DNA from: Mobula birostris
Taxonomy: Eukaryota
Assembly (NCBI RefSeq): GCF_030028105.1
Contig: NC_092390.1
Span: 39,724,777-39,788,776, forward strand
Length of the DNA: 64,000 nt
Direction: 5' to 3'
Position 1 is the first letter of the stretch; each line of letters starts with the position of its first letter. The position numbers were made by a program, and so were the translations under genes. Below the pieces are notes generated by a model, which saw only the letters and a list, made by a program, of their open reading frames with translations, did not search any database and was not told the DNA's origin. Positions 52,170 through 64,000 of this stretch are shown here, piece by piece.

Positions 52170-54775
52170 GTCCTCATAAAAGGACCCTGATGGCAGTTAT
52201 TTATAGGCCTCCAAACAGCTGCAGGGATGTGGACTACAAATTACAACCGGAAGTAGAAAAGGCTTGTCAGAAGGGCAGTGTTATGATAATTGTGGGGGAT
52301 TTTAACATGCGAGTGGATTGGGAAAATCAGGTCGGCACTGGATCTCAAGAGAGAGAATTTGTAGAATGTCTGCGAGATGGCTTTTTAGAATAGCTTGTTG
52401 TTGAGCCCATTAGGGGATTGGCTGTACTGGATTGGGTATTGTGTAATGAACCGGAGGTGATTAGAGAGATTGAGATTAAGGAACCCTTAGGAGGCAGTGA
52501 TCATAACATGATTGAGTTCACTGTGAAATTTGAAAAAGAGAAGCCGAAATCTGATGTGTCGGTATTTCAGTGGAGTAAAGGAAATTACAGTGGCATGAGA
52601 GAGGAACTGGCAAAAGTTGACTGGAAAGGGACACTGGCGGGAAAGACAGCACAGCAGCAGTGGCTGGAGTTTATGCGAGAAATGAAGAAGGTGCAAGACA
52701 GGTATATTCCAAAAAAGAAGAAATTTTCGTGTGGAAAAAGGATGCAACCGTGGTTGACGAGAAGTCAAAGCCAAAGTTAAAGCAAAGGAGAGGGCATACA
52801 AGGAAGCAAAAATTAGTGGGAAGACAGAGGATTGGGAAGTTTTTAAAACCTTACAAAAGGAAACCAAGAAGGTCATTAAGAGGGAAAAGATTAATTATGA
52901 AAGGAAGCTAGCAAATAATATCAAAGAGGATACTAAAAGCTTTTTCAAGTATATAAAGAGTAAAAGACAGGTGAGAGTAGATATAGGACCGATAGAAAAT
53001 GATGCTGGAGAAATTGTAATGGGAGATAAGGAGGTGGCAGAGGAACTGAATGAGTATTTTGCATCAGTCTTCACTGAGGAAGACATTAGCAGTATACCGG
53101 ACACTCAAGGGTGACAGGGAAGAGAAGTGTGCGCAGTCACAATTACGACAGAGAAAGTACTCAGGAAGTTGAATAGTCTAAAGGTAGATAAATCTCCTGG
53201 ACCAGATGGAATGCACCCTCATGTTCTGAAGGAAGTAGCTGTGGAGATTGCGGAGGCATTAGCTATGATCTTTCAAAAGTCGATAGATTCTGGCATGGTT
53301 CCGGAGGACTGGAAGATTGCAAATGTCACTCCGCTATCTAAGAAGGGGGCAAGGAAGCAAAAAGGAAATTATAGACCTGTTAGCTTGACATCGGTGGTTA
53401 GGAAGTTGTTGGAGTCGATTGTCAAGAATGAGGTTACAGAGTACTTGGAGGCATATAACAAGATAGGCAGAACTCAGCATGGATTCCTTAAAGGAAAATC
53501 CTGCCTGACAAACCTATTACAATTTTTTGAGGAAATTACCAGTAGGCTAGACAAGGGAGATGCAATGAATGTTATATATTTGGATTTTCAGAAGGCCTTT
53601 GACAAGGTGCCACACATGAGGCTACTTAACAAGATAAGAGCCCATGGAATTATGGGAAAGTTACATACGTGGATAGAGCGTTGGCTGATTGGCAGGAAAC
53701 AGAGAGTGGGAATAAAGGGATCCTATTCTGGTTGGCTGCCGGTTACTAGTGGTGTTCCACAGGGGTCCGTGTTGGGGCCGCTTCTTTTTACATTGTACAT
53801 CAACGATTTGGATTATGGAATAGATGGCTTTGTGACTAAGTTTGCTGATGGTACGAAGATAGGTGGAGGGGCCAGTAGTGCTGAGGAAACGGAGAGTCGC
53901 AGAGAGACTTGGATAGATTGGAAGAATGGGCAGAGAAGTGGCAAATGAAGTATAATGTTGGAAAGTGTATGGTTATGCACTTTGGCAGAAATAATAAACG
54001 GGCAGACTATTATTTAAATGGGGAAAGAATTCAACGGTGAGGTGCAACGGGACTTGGGAGTCCTCGTACAGGATACCCTTGAAGTTAACCTCCAGGTTGA
54101 ATCAGTAGTGAAGAAGGCGAATGCAATGTTGGCATTCATTTCTAGAGGAATAGAGTATAAGAGCAGGGATGTGATGTTGAGGCTCTATAAGGCGCTGGTG
54201 AGTCCTCACTTGGAGTACTGTGGGCAGTTTTGGTCTCCTTATTTTAAGAAAGGATGTACTGACGTTGGAGAGAGTACAGAGAAGATTTACTAGAATGATT
54301 CCGGGAATGAGAGGGTTAACATATGAGGAATGTTTGTCCGCTCTTGGACTGCATTCCTTGGAGTTTAGAAGAATGAGGGGAGACCTCATAGAAACATTTC
54401 GAATGTTGAAAGGCATGGACAGAGTGGATGTAGCAAAGTTGTTTCCCATGATGGGGGAGTCTAGTACGAGAGGGCATGACTTAAGGATTGAAGGGCGCCC
54501 ATTCAGAACAGAAATGCGAAGAAATTTTTTGAGTCAGAGAGTGGTGAATCTATGGAATTTGTTGCCACGGGCAGCAGTGGAGGCCAAGTCGTTGGGTGTA
54601 TTTAAGGCAGAGATTGATAGGTACCTGAGTAGCCAGGGCATCAAAGATTATGGTGAGAAGGCGGGGGAGTGGGACTAAATGCGAGAATGGATCAGCTCAT
54701 GATAAAATGGCAGAGCAGACTCGATGGGCCGAATGGCCGACTTCTGCTCCTTTGTCTTATGGTCTTATGGTCTAA
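52170..54775 (+). mobile_element. Relatively young 5'-truncated CR1 ORF2
   Basis: YRPPNS, VGDFN, NYRPVSLTSVV, QHGFLKGKSCLTNL, YLDFQKAFDKVPH, GVPQGSVLGP and KFADGTK (D to G), with a (TCTTATGG)n tail. A few stops and frameshifts. Confidence 0.95.
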
Positions 54776-54824
54776 TCTAAAAAAATACTTTATCAAACAC
54801 AAAGAAGAAAAAATCCACAGCTAC

Positions 54825-55195
54825 TGGAAATCTGAGCAACACACTCACAATGCTGGATGAATTCAGCAGGCCGGGCAGCATCTTTGGCGGGACTACAGCC
54901 TGAAACGTCAACTGTACTCCTTTCCATAGATGCTGTCTGGCTTGCTGAGTTCCTCCAGCATTGTGAGTGTGTTGCTCAGATTTCCAGCACCTTCAGGTTT
55001 TCTCCTCTTTGTGGTTGGATTACTACTCTGCAAAATCTTGTCCAGGGATGCCTACGCTGAAGAAGTTTAAATCTTCCATTCGTGTACTGCTTAAGTGTTT
55101 CAGCCTGAAACATTCATTGTACTCTTTTCCATAGATGCTGCCTTGACTGCTGAGTTCCTCCATCATTTTGTGTGTGGTGCAGTACTTTATCAAGC
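54825..55195. mobile_element. Penelope-derived foldback and adjacent pLTR remnant
   Basis: Arms ACACTCACAATGCTGG.. / ..CCAGCATTGTGAGTGT. GAAACGTCAACTG at ~54902. A second remnant lies at 55040-55185. Confidence 0.7.
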
Positions 55196-56379
55196 TTAGC
55201 ACTATCTCACGAGAATGGAATGCATGAGATTGTAATATTTGTACATCAGTTTTGGTCATGGTACATATGGGAAAAAATCATAAGCTCATGGCATTGCATT
55301 TTACCTTTTTGTTTGACCAGACCTGTGTGTAATGGGGATGCACCAAGATGTTGCCTGGATGGAGGATTTCAGTTATGGGGAGAGGTTGGACAGGGTGGGA
55401 TTGTTTTCCATGTAGATACAGGCAAAAAGATGGGGCATGGACACAGTAAGTCCAAAGTCTTTTTTCTATTCTTCAGAGCTCTATGACTCTATGACTAAGT
55501 TTACTGCTCTGCATACCTTTGATTGGTAGTCACTGCGTACAACAAGATGATGTGACGCTTGACCCAGAGCAATTTTGAACCTTCAAGGATTGTTCTAATT
55601 ATTTTAAACCAGGTATAATTTTACCCCATTCTTTAAGGCTAATATTCTACCTTTCTATTAATCACATTATTATTAACCTGTCATGCTAAGATTTGTACAC
55701 AAGTACCCATAGGTCTTCCTCAGCTGTTCTTGCTTAGACATAATATCATTTTGATATTCTTCATATCAAAATGTAGCACCTTGCATTTTATTGTACTGTA
55801 TTTTCACTTATGTCAGTTTTGATGAAGCCAATGTGCTAAATATCCTTTTCACCGCCATGATGACCTCTAATGCTGCTTTCAGTGAACTGTGCACTTGTAG
55901 TCCTAGATCGGACAGTTCGGAGGTGGTCCAAGTGCAAGCGGAGAGACACAGACACAAAATGAACATCCCTGAAGAAGGTGTCGGAGTTTGTCATCAAAAC
56001 GTCGGTTATAATCAATACCTGTACCTGGCCAGAAGACTGAGAAGAGTTTATTCATCATATATGTCAGAAAAGCACTAGATCCTTTTTCACAGAATGAACA
56101 GTTCACTGAGTTTAATAAGAACTGTACGGAACGAAGGAAAATAATGAATGCTAGTCCAAAAGGGCCGCTAATTAAAAGTCTCAAACTAACTAAACCTAAT
56201 GCTGTTACTGTGGCTCAAAAGCAGTAATCCAGAACTAAATTGTTATTACTCCTTTAATAGCATCTATCTAAATCACTTATCTTCTTTCCTGGAAGGTGGA
56301 CTAAGTTACGCAGGGAGAATTGTTGTCATTGTACTTTGATCGAAACTTGACAAGACTGAATAAAAGGAATAGAGTTCAA

Positions 56380-58130
56380 TATAATTACAAAGGAGCCCTG
56401 TGAGAACGCCCATATTCTGTGGCTGTGTCCACAGCTGTGACACTCCAAGGCCTCCTTGACAGCCAGAAGTTCTTAGTTTGCAATATCATAGTCATGCAAC
56501 AAGAAAGTAAAGCACAAAGGTGCAGCGGGTTATCTATTGAAGACCACTGAGAGAGTATAGCACCAATGCCAACGTCAGAAGTGTCAACCGAGATGATGAA
56601 TGGATGGGATGATCTAGATGCTGCAGCACTGGGACAGTGGTGAAGCATTGCTTTGGCTCTGAGCATGCTTAACCTACTCCACTTGTCCATTGGAAACTGG
56701 CAGAGGTCTTCTTGGTGAGTGCATTTATGGGAGTCATGATGGAACTGAAGTTTCTGAAGTGGTGATAAAAGTTTGCAAGCCCTGTGAAGTGCTTCACCTG
56801 TTTGACTGCAGGTGGTTTGGGCCACTCTGTGACTGCCTGAACTCTACATGGGTCTATTTGAGCACTGGAAGGAGTGAGGATGTAGCCCAAGAAGGACACC
56901 TTCTCTTTGTTGAACTTGTACTTCTCTGGGATGGTGTAACGTTGTCCTGGAGGAGTCATTCGAGAACCCTTTGACTTGCTGGATGTGTTCCTGGCAGGAA
57001 TGTCATCCAAATACACAAAAACAAACTGATCCAGCACATCCTGGAGCACATCACTGACCAGTGCCTGAATAGCAGCAGGGGTATTGGCCAGTCCAAATGG
57101 CACCATGAGGTAATCATAGTGGCCAGTGGGGCTGTTGAATACTGTCTTCCACTCATACCCTTCTAGGACGCGAACCAGGTTGTAAGTATTGCATAGATCT
57201 GTCTTGGAGAATATGGTTGCTCACTGGATATGTTCAAATGTAGAGGCAAACAGGGGAAGAGGGTTGCAGTCCTTCATTTGAATGTTATTAAGCAGACAAT
57301 AATCAATGCAAGGACACCCTTCTTGCTCACAAAAAAAGAAGCCTGCCTCTGTTGGTGAGGTGGATATATAGATAAATCCTAAACCTAACGCCTCTTAGAT
57401 GTATTTTCCAGTGGCCACCATTTTAGAATGGGAGAGTGAAAACAGCTGGCCCCAAGGAGGACTAAAACTAGGTATGAGGTCAATGGTGCAGTTGTATGGC
57501 TGATGTGGAGGCAGGGAAGTGGCCCTCTTCTTACTGAGGTTCTGAAGAAAGTCAGCATATTCAGCCAGAACAGCAGACAGGTCGTCACTAGTTGTTGTTT
57601 CAGGAGGGGATACGCTGACACGGGTTTGAGCTGCACCCAGAGAGGTAAACGGGCACAAACGTGAAAGTTTACAGAGGCTGGAAATCCAAGCAGCAAACAG
57701 AAAATGCTGGAGGAACTCTGCAGGCCAGGCAGTATCTATGGAAAAGAGCAGACTGTCGAAGTTTCGGGCTGAGATCCTTCTTCAGGACTCCAGACATGTC
57801 ATTCCCCACTCCTGGAGTGTCTTTAGGGACCAATTAATCCATGGGTTGTGTTGGGAGAGCCGGAAAAGGCCACGAATCAGCGGCAGTTCAGGTGAAAAAA
57901 ACAAGATCGAAGGAGAGCTGTTCACTATGGTTGCCTTCTAGCACAGGTTGGAGGGGCACTGTGGAAAGGTGGATCTTGCTGGTGCACAGAGGCCGGCCAT
58001 TCAGATCCTTGTTATCAATATTCTTTCTCAATTGTTGAGCTTGAGAGCTATCCATGAGGTTGCTGGCTGCCCTAGAGTCAATAAATACAGAACTCACAGG
58101 GGTGGGACCCCACAACAGTGAGGCCTGGAG
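56380..58130 (-). mobile_element. Chromovirus-type (Tf2/Sushi-like) Gypsy pol fragment (protease-RT-RNase H)
   Basis: VFIDSRAASNLMD, LPPHQPYNCTIDLIP, MVPFGLANTPAA..FVFVYLDDI and FIISVDTSDVGIGAILSQ. A pLTR mini-element is inserted at ~57677-57790. Confidence 0.9.
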
Positions 58131-59082
58131 AATTACTTAATTAAGGAAGGATGCTTGCAGGGAGAATTGGCCCGTCAGTATTCCCATTCTTACTGATGGG
58201 ACACCTGGGCACTTGGGGCATATAACACCCAGAAGTATCCTGGAGATCCTCAGTAGAGTCAGCGACCTGTTCTTATACGCCGACCTCTTTTCTCCTGAGA
58301 TTTGAGTAACTTTACAAAAAACTCTAAAAGGTTGGTCAAGCATGACTTTCCACACACAAAGCCATGTTAATCAGACTGTGTCTATCCAATAGCAGCTATA
58401 TCTTGTCCCTCAGAATTTCCTTCCGTAACTTCCCCAGTACAAATGTCAGGCTGACCAGACTGTCGTTCCCTGTCTTGACCTTGTTACCCTTCTTAAACAA
58501 TGTAACAACTTTACATACCTTTCAATCTTTGGGAACTCTACTGGTGAATTCAGCAGATATCTCTGCAAGGGCCTTCAGAATTTCTCCTGTAGTCCAATGA
58601 TGCATTGATTCAGGCCTTGGATTTATCCATCTTAATTCACTGTAAGGTTGCTTATAACTCCTCTCTGGTAATTGGAATGTTCTCCACTTATTTCCCCTAT
58701 CTCTAGAGCATCCTAGATTTCCTCTTCAGAATTATTCATTAAAAATCCCACCCATTTCTTGCAGCTCAAGACACAGGCAGCTCTTCTGACCTCTGAGGGG
58801 ACCTATGCACCCCACCCTCCCTGGCCACCCTTTTATTCTGAATAGAGCTATAGAACCTCTTGAGATTTTTCTTAAGCTTATCTGCCAGATCCTTCTCATC
58901 TCCTCTCTTTGTCCTCCTGATTTCCTCCTCAAGAGTATTCAAATCTTTTTATAGGTTATCAAGGGATTTGCTCACCTCTGACCTCCCGTGCCTTAATATC
59001 TCTGGTCAGCCAGGTTTCCCTGAACAGAAGGATGCTGCTCCTGGATTCTTCATATAAACTTTTTCAAAGCCTCCCACTTGCT

Positions 59083-59219
59083 GTAGTCCTGATGAAGGTT
59101 CTCGACCCGAAACATTCACTGTACCTCTTCCTAGAGATGCTGCCTGGCCTGCTGCGTTCACCAGCAACTTTGATGTGTGTTGCTTGAATTTCCAGCATCT
59201 GCAGAATTCTTCGTGCTTG
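59083..59219 (+). mobile_element. 137-bp Penelope pLTR mini-insertion starting at a hammerhead motif
   Basis: 9-bp TSD CCACTTGCT (59074-59082 / 59220-59228). Sequence is near-identical to the pLTR at 63716-63815. Confidence 0.85.
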
Positions 59220-59814
59220 CCACTTGCTATTCATTTCTTTCCTTCGAACAGGCTCGCCTAATGAACCTGTGTAAGATCCTGCTTAATTCTGTCAGCATTA
59301 ACTTGCTCCAGTTTAGTATCATGACCTCTGACCTGTCCTATCCTTTTACATCACCATCTTAAAACTAATAGAAGTATGGTTGCTAGAGCCAAAGTGCTCC
59401 CTAACTGCCACTTCAGTTATCTGCTCTGCCTGGTTCCTTCAGAAAAAGTTCAGTATTGCACCCTCCCAAGAAGGGCCTTCTATATATCGACTCATGAAAC
59501 TTTTCTGGGCTCATTACACAAATTCCTCTCCAGACCTCTTACACTCTGTGTGGCCCAGTCAATACCAGGGAAGTTAAGATTTCCAGCAATACAACTGTAT
59601 CATTTTTACAACCATCAACATTTTCTCTATACACCATCTCCTCAAGTTCCCGCTGACTACTCGGGGGGGGGGGGGGCTCTATAAACAGCTGCATCACAGT
59701 GACTCTAAGTTCTACACACATGGCTTTGTTGGAAGATCCCTCAAAAGTACTGCTGTTATGTCCTCCCTTATCAAAATACCAACAACCGCCTTTGCTTACC
59801 TGCACCTTTCTCAT

Positions 59815-59890
59815 GCCTGCAGCATCTGTATCCTGGAATACTGAGCTGCCAAGCCTGCAGCATCTGTATCCTGGAATACTGAGCTGCCAA
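59815..59890. repeat. Perfect 38-bp tandem duplication
   Basis: GCCTGCAGCATCTGTATCCTGGAATACTGAGCTGCCAA x2. Confidence 0.95.
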
Positions 59891-62800
59891 TCCTACCGTT
59901 CTCCCAGCCTTGTTTCTGATATGGCTGTAACACCTATTGAATTAAAGTAATTGACATGTAACAGTTTTAACATTGTCACTAGAAAACCAACAATTATTTA
60001 GGAATCCTTGCTTGTATAGTATATTCATTATGCAGCTCTAAGCAAGCTCTGCTGTAAAATCACTTTGCTGAGATAACTGTTTTACAAGGCTTGTTAATAA
60101 TTTTTGTCTCCACTTTTCCCACTGATATCTTGCTGCTTAAAAACTAGTAAATTATACAACAGCTTCAAGTACATTGATTTTGAGATTTACTTTGTATTGG
60201 AATAAAGCTACAGTTTTTCATCATCTGTGATTATTGATTTCACAGCATTAGTCTGGGAGACCACAGAACAGCTCTCTGATATTGAAATAATAAGGTTATG
60301 TTGGAAAGGTTCTGTCTAATTAAAGTTATCTAAATCTTTATCTGTAAGGTAGATTGATAGATTTTCGAAGCCTTTATATATACTTTACTCTGTTCTATGT
60401 CTATGAAATGTTAGTTTCTTGGCAGCAGGGGGACATGGGATTAATGCAAGCACAGACATTTCAATTGGTGTGAAAGACATACACCTTCGAGTTTGCTCTC
60501 AGGATGCTCATTAACCCCTTGCTCAGTACCTCGCACAACAGAGCCAAGCCCTACTGAAAATGAAGGACATGAAGAATGCTGGGAAAAAACACTCTCATCA
60601 GTTATGTGGTTGCATGTGACAGCAGCTCTTTTGCTGAATAGTATCTGGTTCTCCCATAGAATGCCCAGCTTCTAGCCTCTCCAACATTCTACCCTCGATT
60701 CCACATAGCAGGTATAAAGGGCCCAAGCCTACACATGTTGGCTAAACTAATCCAGTACTAGCAGAGGAGATCCAGCTAGCAGTACACCAGAATTTAACCT
60801 AACTGAATGGGTGGAAGGAAAATAAGTAGCATTTCATTCTAGCTCTTAGATGCCTCATTATCCTCCTGCTTCAAGAACAGACTACAGAGGAAATAATACT
60901 ACTTATCCTAATAGGTGAAATTTCAAATCACTTACCTGATTTTGTGAGAGGCAATGAAATATTTGGCCGCACTGTTTCCAAAATTACGTGGCTGTAATGC
61001 TTTAAATGTCAGAATGTCTCAAGCACAAGTGGAAATTATGGAGTATTAAACCTGCATACTACACCATTGGGGCTACTAAATAATAAGGAGCACTTAAAGC
61101 ATTCGATATTACATAATTGTGTTATACTAACACAATGATGTGTCAATGAACAGTAGAGGGAAGGGTCCCAGTGTGTGGATGGTGGACAGATAGCTTGTGT
61201 GGAGGACAGGAAAGAAAGGGAAAGAAACAGGGTGATGGGAGGCTGGGGTGGGTTTAGGAGGTTAGAGGGAGAGGGGATCAGGAGTATCCTTCCCTACTGG
61301 CCCAGTGTTCATTTACCCTCCCTCTATTAATCATCTAGGTGAGGGCAAAACGGAGCAGATGGGCTGGCCCATACCACAGCTTCTGACTCCTGTATTGTTT
61401 CCAACTGAGGCAGGGAAATAACACAAATAACAACGCCCTATCTTTAGGGAGAGATAACACAGGAACTTGCCACAGGAAGTTTCACAGGAATTTGTCCCAG
61501 AATTCACTGCTGCCACAAAAGAACAAAAATATTGATCATTTCTATGTTCTATGTCCTATAACATACAGAGATAATAAATGTAATTCAGTAATCTGCAAGG
61601 GCCTGAATATGCTGATCAAATTGACAATGACATTTCAATATTGTGTAGTTTTCACATTATTTTATACCAACTATAGCTGATTTGAAAGTGTCACCCTGTG
61701 GCCTTCTGCCATTCTGAAATATGCATATTCATCAAATGTGAAGAGTAGCTGGTAACTTTCTTTTTTAAAGCTTGCTCAAAATGAGTAAGCTGACATCTTC
61801 ATGCAAGTGGTTGCCTGCCTTCATGCCAAAAATATAGACAACTGCTATCAGATCTAATCTAGCTCACTGCACATACCATCTGGTGCCACAAATTCCAATA
61901 CCATATTTTGAACATAATGAAGAACTGAAGAACACAATAGACAATAAAGCATTGTGTTTAGAGTCCTTAATTCAAACAAGCCAAAATTGATGAAAATGTT
62001 TCTGGCTGAATAATAAGTGGAAAGAATCCTAGCATAAGCACCAATATACATTAACAGCTGGCAAAGATGTGAAAATTCATTTAGTGGGCAATTGCCAAAT
62101 TATAAATTCACATTTTCTTTGTGATGCGAGTCATAACTGCTGTTCCATGATAGTTCATTTTATTTTTTGTAATTACCTGCTATTTTATATTTACTTATAA
62201 CTTTGAATAAGATTTCTGATGGCCTAATTGAGAGTTATTGAGGATGTGTTCAGTTCCTGTTTCCAAATTCTGTTTCTAAATTTCTCTTCCTTTATGAATT
62301 TTACCTAGCATCAAAATGGACTCTGACATATTAATAGAGAAAGTGGCATTTCTGTGTGTAAAAGTGCTTATTTGTATTTAGGTGAAATTAGGTTGTTGGA
62401 TCTCCAGTAATCTTCAATCTACATTTGTTTACACTTGCAATTTTGACAATGATAATGGGAGAAATAATTAATCACTGCAGTGTCTCTCTTTAGATTATGA
62501 AATGACAACTGCAGTATGTGGATTCATATTGGATAGGAAGCATGGCAGGTACCAATTTTTTAATCGGACCAGCAATTGAAATGCAGATTTGACATATTTT
62601 AAATGGATTCAGCAGAATATTGTGAAGCACCATGAATGACAACTCTTGCTCCCCCAAAACCCACTCACAAAGATGAGTTGAAGTAATTATTAGAAATCAA
62701 CACAATTTTGATGCTTTTCAGAGTTGCTACCAGTTTTCAAAGTCTGTAGGTATGTGCTGAAGTGTCCGCTAACTGCAAGATTTCTGTAGAGTTTAGTTGC

Positions 62801-63108
62801 TTCTAGTTGCTGCCTCATATAACTGTAGCAATGAACCCTCTTCTTGAAGTTGAGTGTGGCTGTGTGAATGAATAGAAGCCAATCAGAGTGGGATGTATCA
62901 CTGGAAGAAGCAGGAAAAAGAAAGAAATTTCCACTGCAGAATGCGTACATTCAGGATCCATTCTCCTTTTTGAACTTCATCAATGTTTGAGGTTTGTCAT
63001 GGAGGTTGTACTGAAACCTCACCTCCACTGCAACTCAAACTTTCTGGCAGAACGTGGAGAGCAGCATCAGTGCCAGGAAAGCTGACCATGCTTATGAACT
63101 TATATGCA

Positions 63109-63815
63109 TAAACACGAGGAATTCTGCAGATGCTGGAAATTCAAGCAACACACATCAAAGTTGCTGGCGAGACCCGACACAGACTAGGAGATCGTTTTGC
63201 TGAACACCTATGCTCTGTCCGCCAGAGAAAGCAGGATCTCCCAGTGGCCACACATTTTAATTCCACATCCCATTCCCATTCTGATATGTCTATCCACGGC
63301 CTCCTCTACTGTAAAGATGAAGCCACACTCAGGTTGGAGGATCAACACCTTATATTCCGTCTGGGTAGCCTCCAACCTGATGGCATGAACATTGACTTCT
63401 CTAACTTCCGCTAATGCCCCACCTCCCCCTCGTACCCCATCCGTTATTTATTTATATACACACATTCTTTATCTCTCTCTCCTTTTTCTCCCTCTGTCCC
63501 TCTGACTATACCCCTTGCCCATCCTCTGGGTTTTTTCCCCTCCTCCCCCTTTTCCTTCTCCCTGGGCCTCCTGTCCCATGATCCTCTCATATCCCTTTTG
63601 CTAATCACCTGTCCAGCTCTTGGCTCCATCCCTCCCCCTCCTGTCTTCTCCTATCATTTTGGATCTCCCCCTCCCCCTCCCACTTTCAAACCTCTTACTA
63701 GCTGTTCCTTCAGTTAGTCCTGACGAAGGGTCTCGGCCCGAAACATCGACTGTACCTCTTCCTAGAGATGCTGCCTGGCCTGCTGTGTTCACCAGCAACT
63801 TTGATGTGTGTTGCT
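63109..63815 (+). mobile_element. Penelope-like element with 5' inverted pLTR piece, GIY-YIG C-terminus and pLTR
   Basis: RHRLGDRFAEHLCSVRQRKQDLPVATHFNS...RLGSLQPDGMNIDFSNFR*. The first ~55 bp are the reverse complement of the pLTR end. TSD TGAACTTATATGCA (63095-63108 / 63816-63829). Confidence 0.92.
63716..63751 (+). ncRNA. Minimal type I hammerhead ribozyme-like motif (best-preserved copy)
   Basis: AGTC-CTGACGA-AGGGTCTCGGCCC-GAAA-CATC-GACT: stem I AGTC/GACT, core CUGANGA and GAAA, stem II GGG/CCC. Activity untested. The G to A change at the cleavage triplet probably inactivates it. Confidence 0.55.
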
Positions 63816-64000
63816 TGAACTTATATGCAACTAGCTTTTTCCAGGCTGACACTGGATATGTCAGCAATGTGCACTGTATGTTCATCGGTATATATTCTCA
63901 GCCATTGCTTCATGCAGACTAATACCTGCTGTCCTATTACCACCCATGATGCCTTCATTCATGCTGTGATAACTGTGTCATTTGTATTGGCTCTAACATT

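Larger units (their letters stand above)
58310..59950 (-). mobile_element. Degenerate, deleted CR1 ORF2 (EN to RT N-terminus)
   Basis: Reverse-strand HGFVCGKSCLTN and NVVTLFKKG remnants plus endonuclease remnants. Confidence 0.7.

Noticed and set aside
19168-63815. Recurring ATGCTGGAGGAACTCAGCAGG motif as a CRISPR-like or regulatory array
   Set aside because: The copies are dispersed, occur on both strands, and are part of Penelope pLTRs. There is no regular spacer architecture.
44805-64000. TdT exon 3 (QYACQRRTTL motif)
   Set aside because: Not found by eye in unique or repeat sequence, so it probably lies beyond the window. TBLASTN would confirm.

Overview
AT-rich eukaryotic genomic DNA whose repeat content (CR1, Penelope-like, V-SINE, Rex/Babar, Tx1, Tc1, hAT, Gypsy) points to a cartilaginous fish, probably a ray (inference). 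The only host gene I can support is the 5' part of DNTT (terminal deoxynucleotidyl transferase, TdT) on the + strand. Coding exon 1 (26880-27091) and exon 2 (44630-44804) together encode the NLS and BRCT domain. They are separated by a 17.5-kb intron. I could not find exon 3 in the remaining 19 kb. Most of the rest is decayed, often nested transposable elements, several with intact target-site duplications. The most interesting points are: (i) an internally deleted, GC-rich Gypsy element head-to-head with TdT, 365 bp upstream of the ATG; (ii) octamer and E-box motifs next to the ATG; (iii) a dispersed family of Penelope-derived mini-elements carrying minimal hammerhead-ribozyme motifs with stem covariation, several in the sense orientation inside TdT introns; (iv) phase-compatible cryptic exons in intron 2 that could give a BRCT-only isoform (speculative). 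There are no rRNA genes, true tRNA genes or CRISPR arrays.
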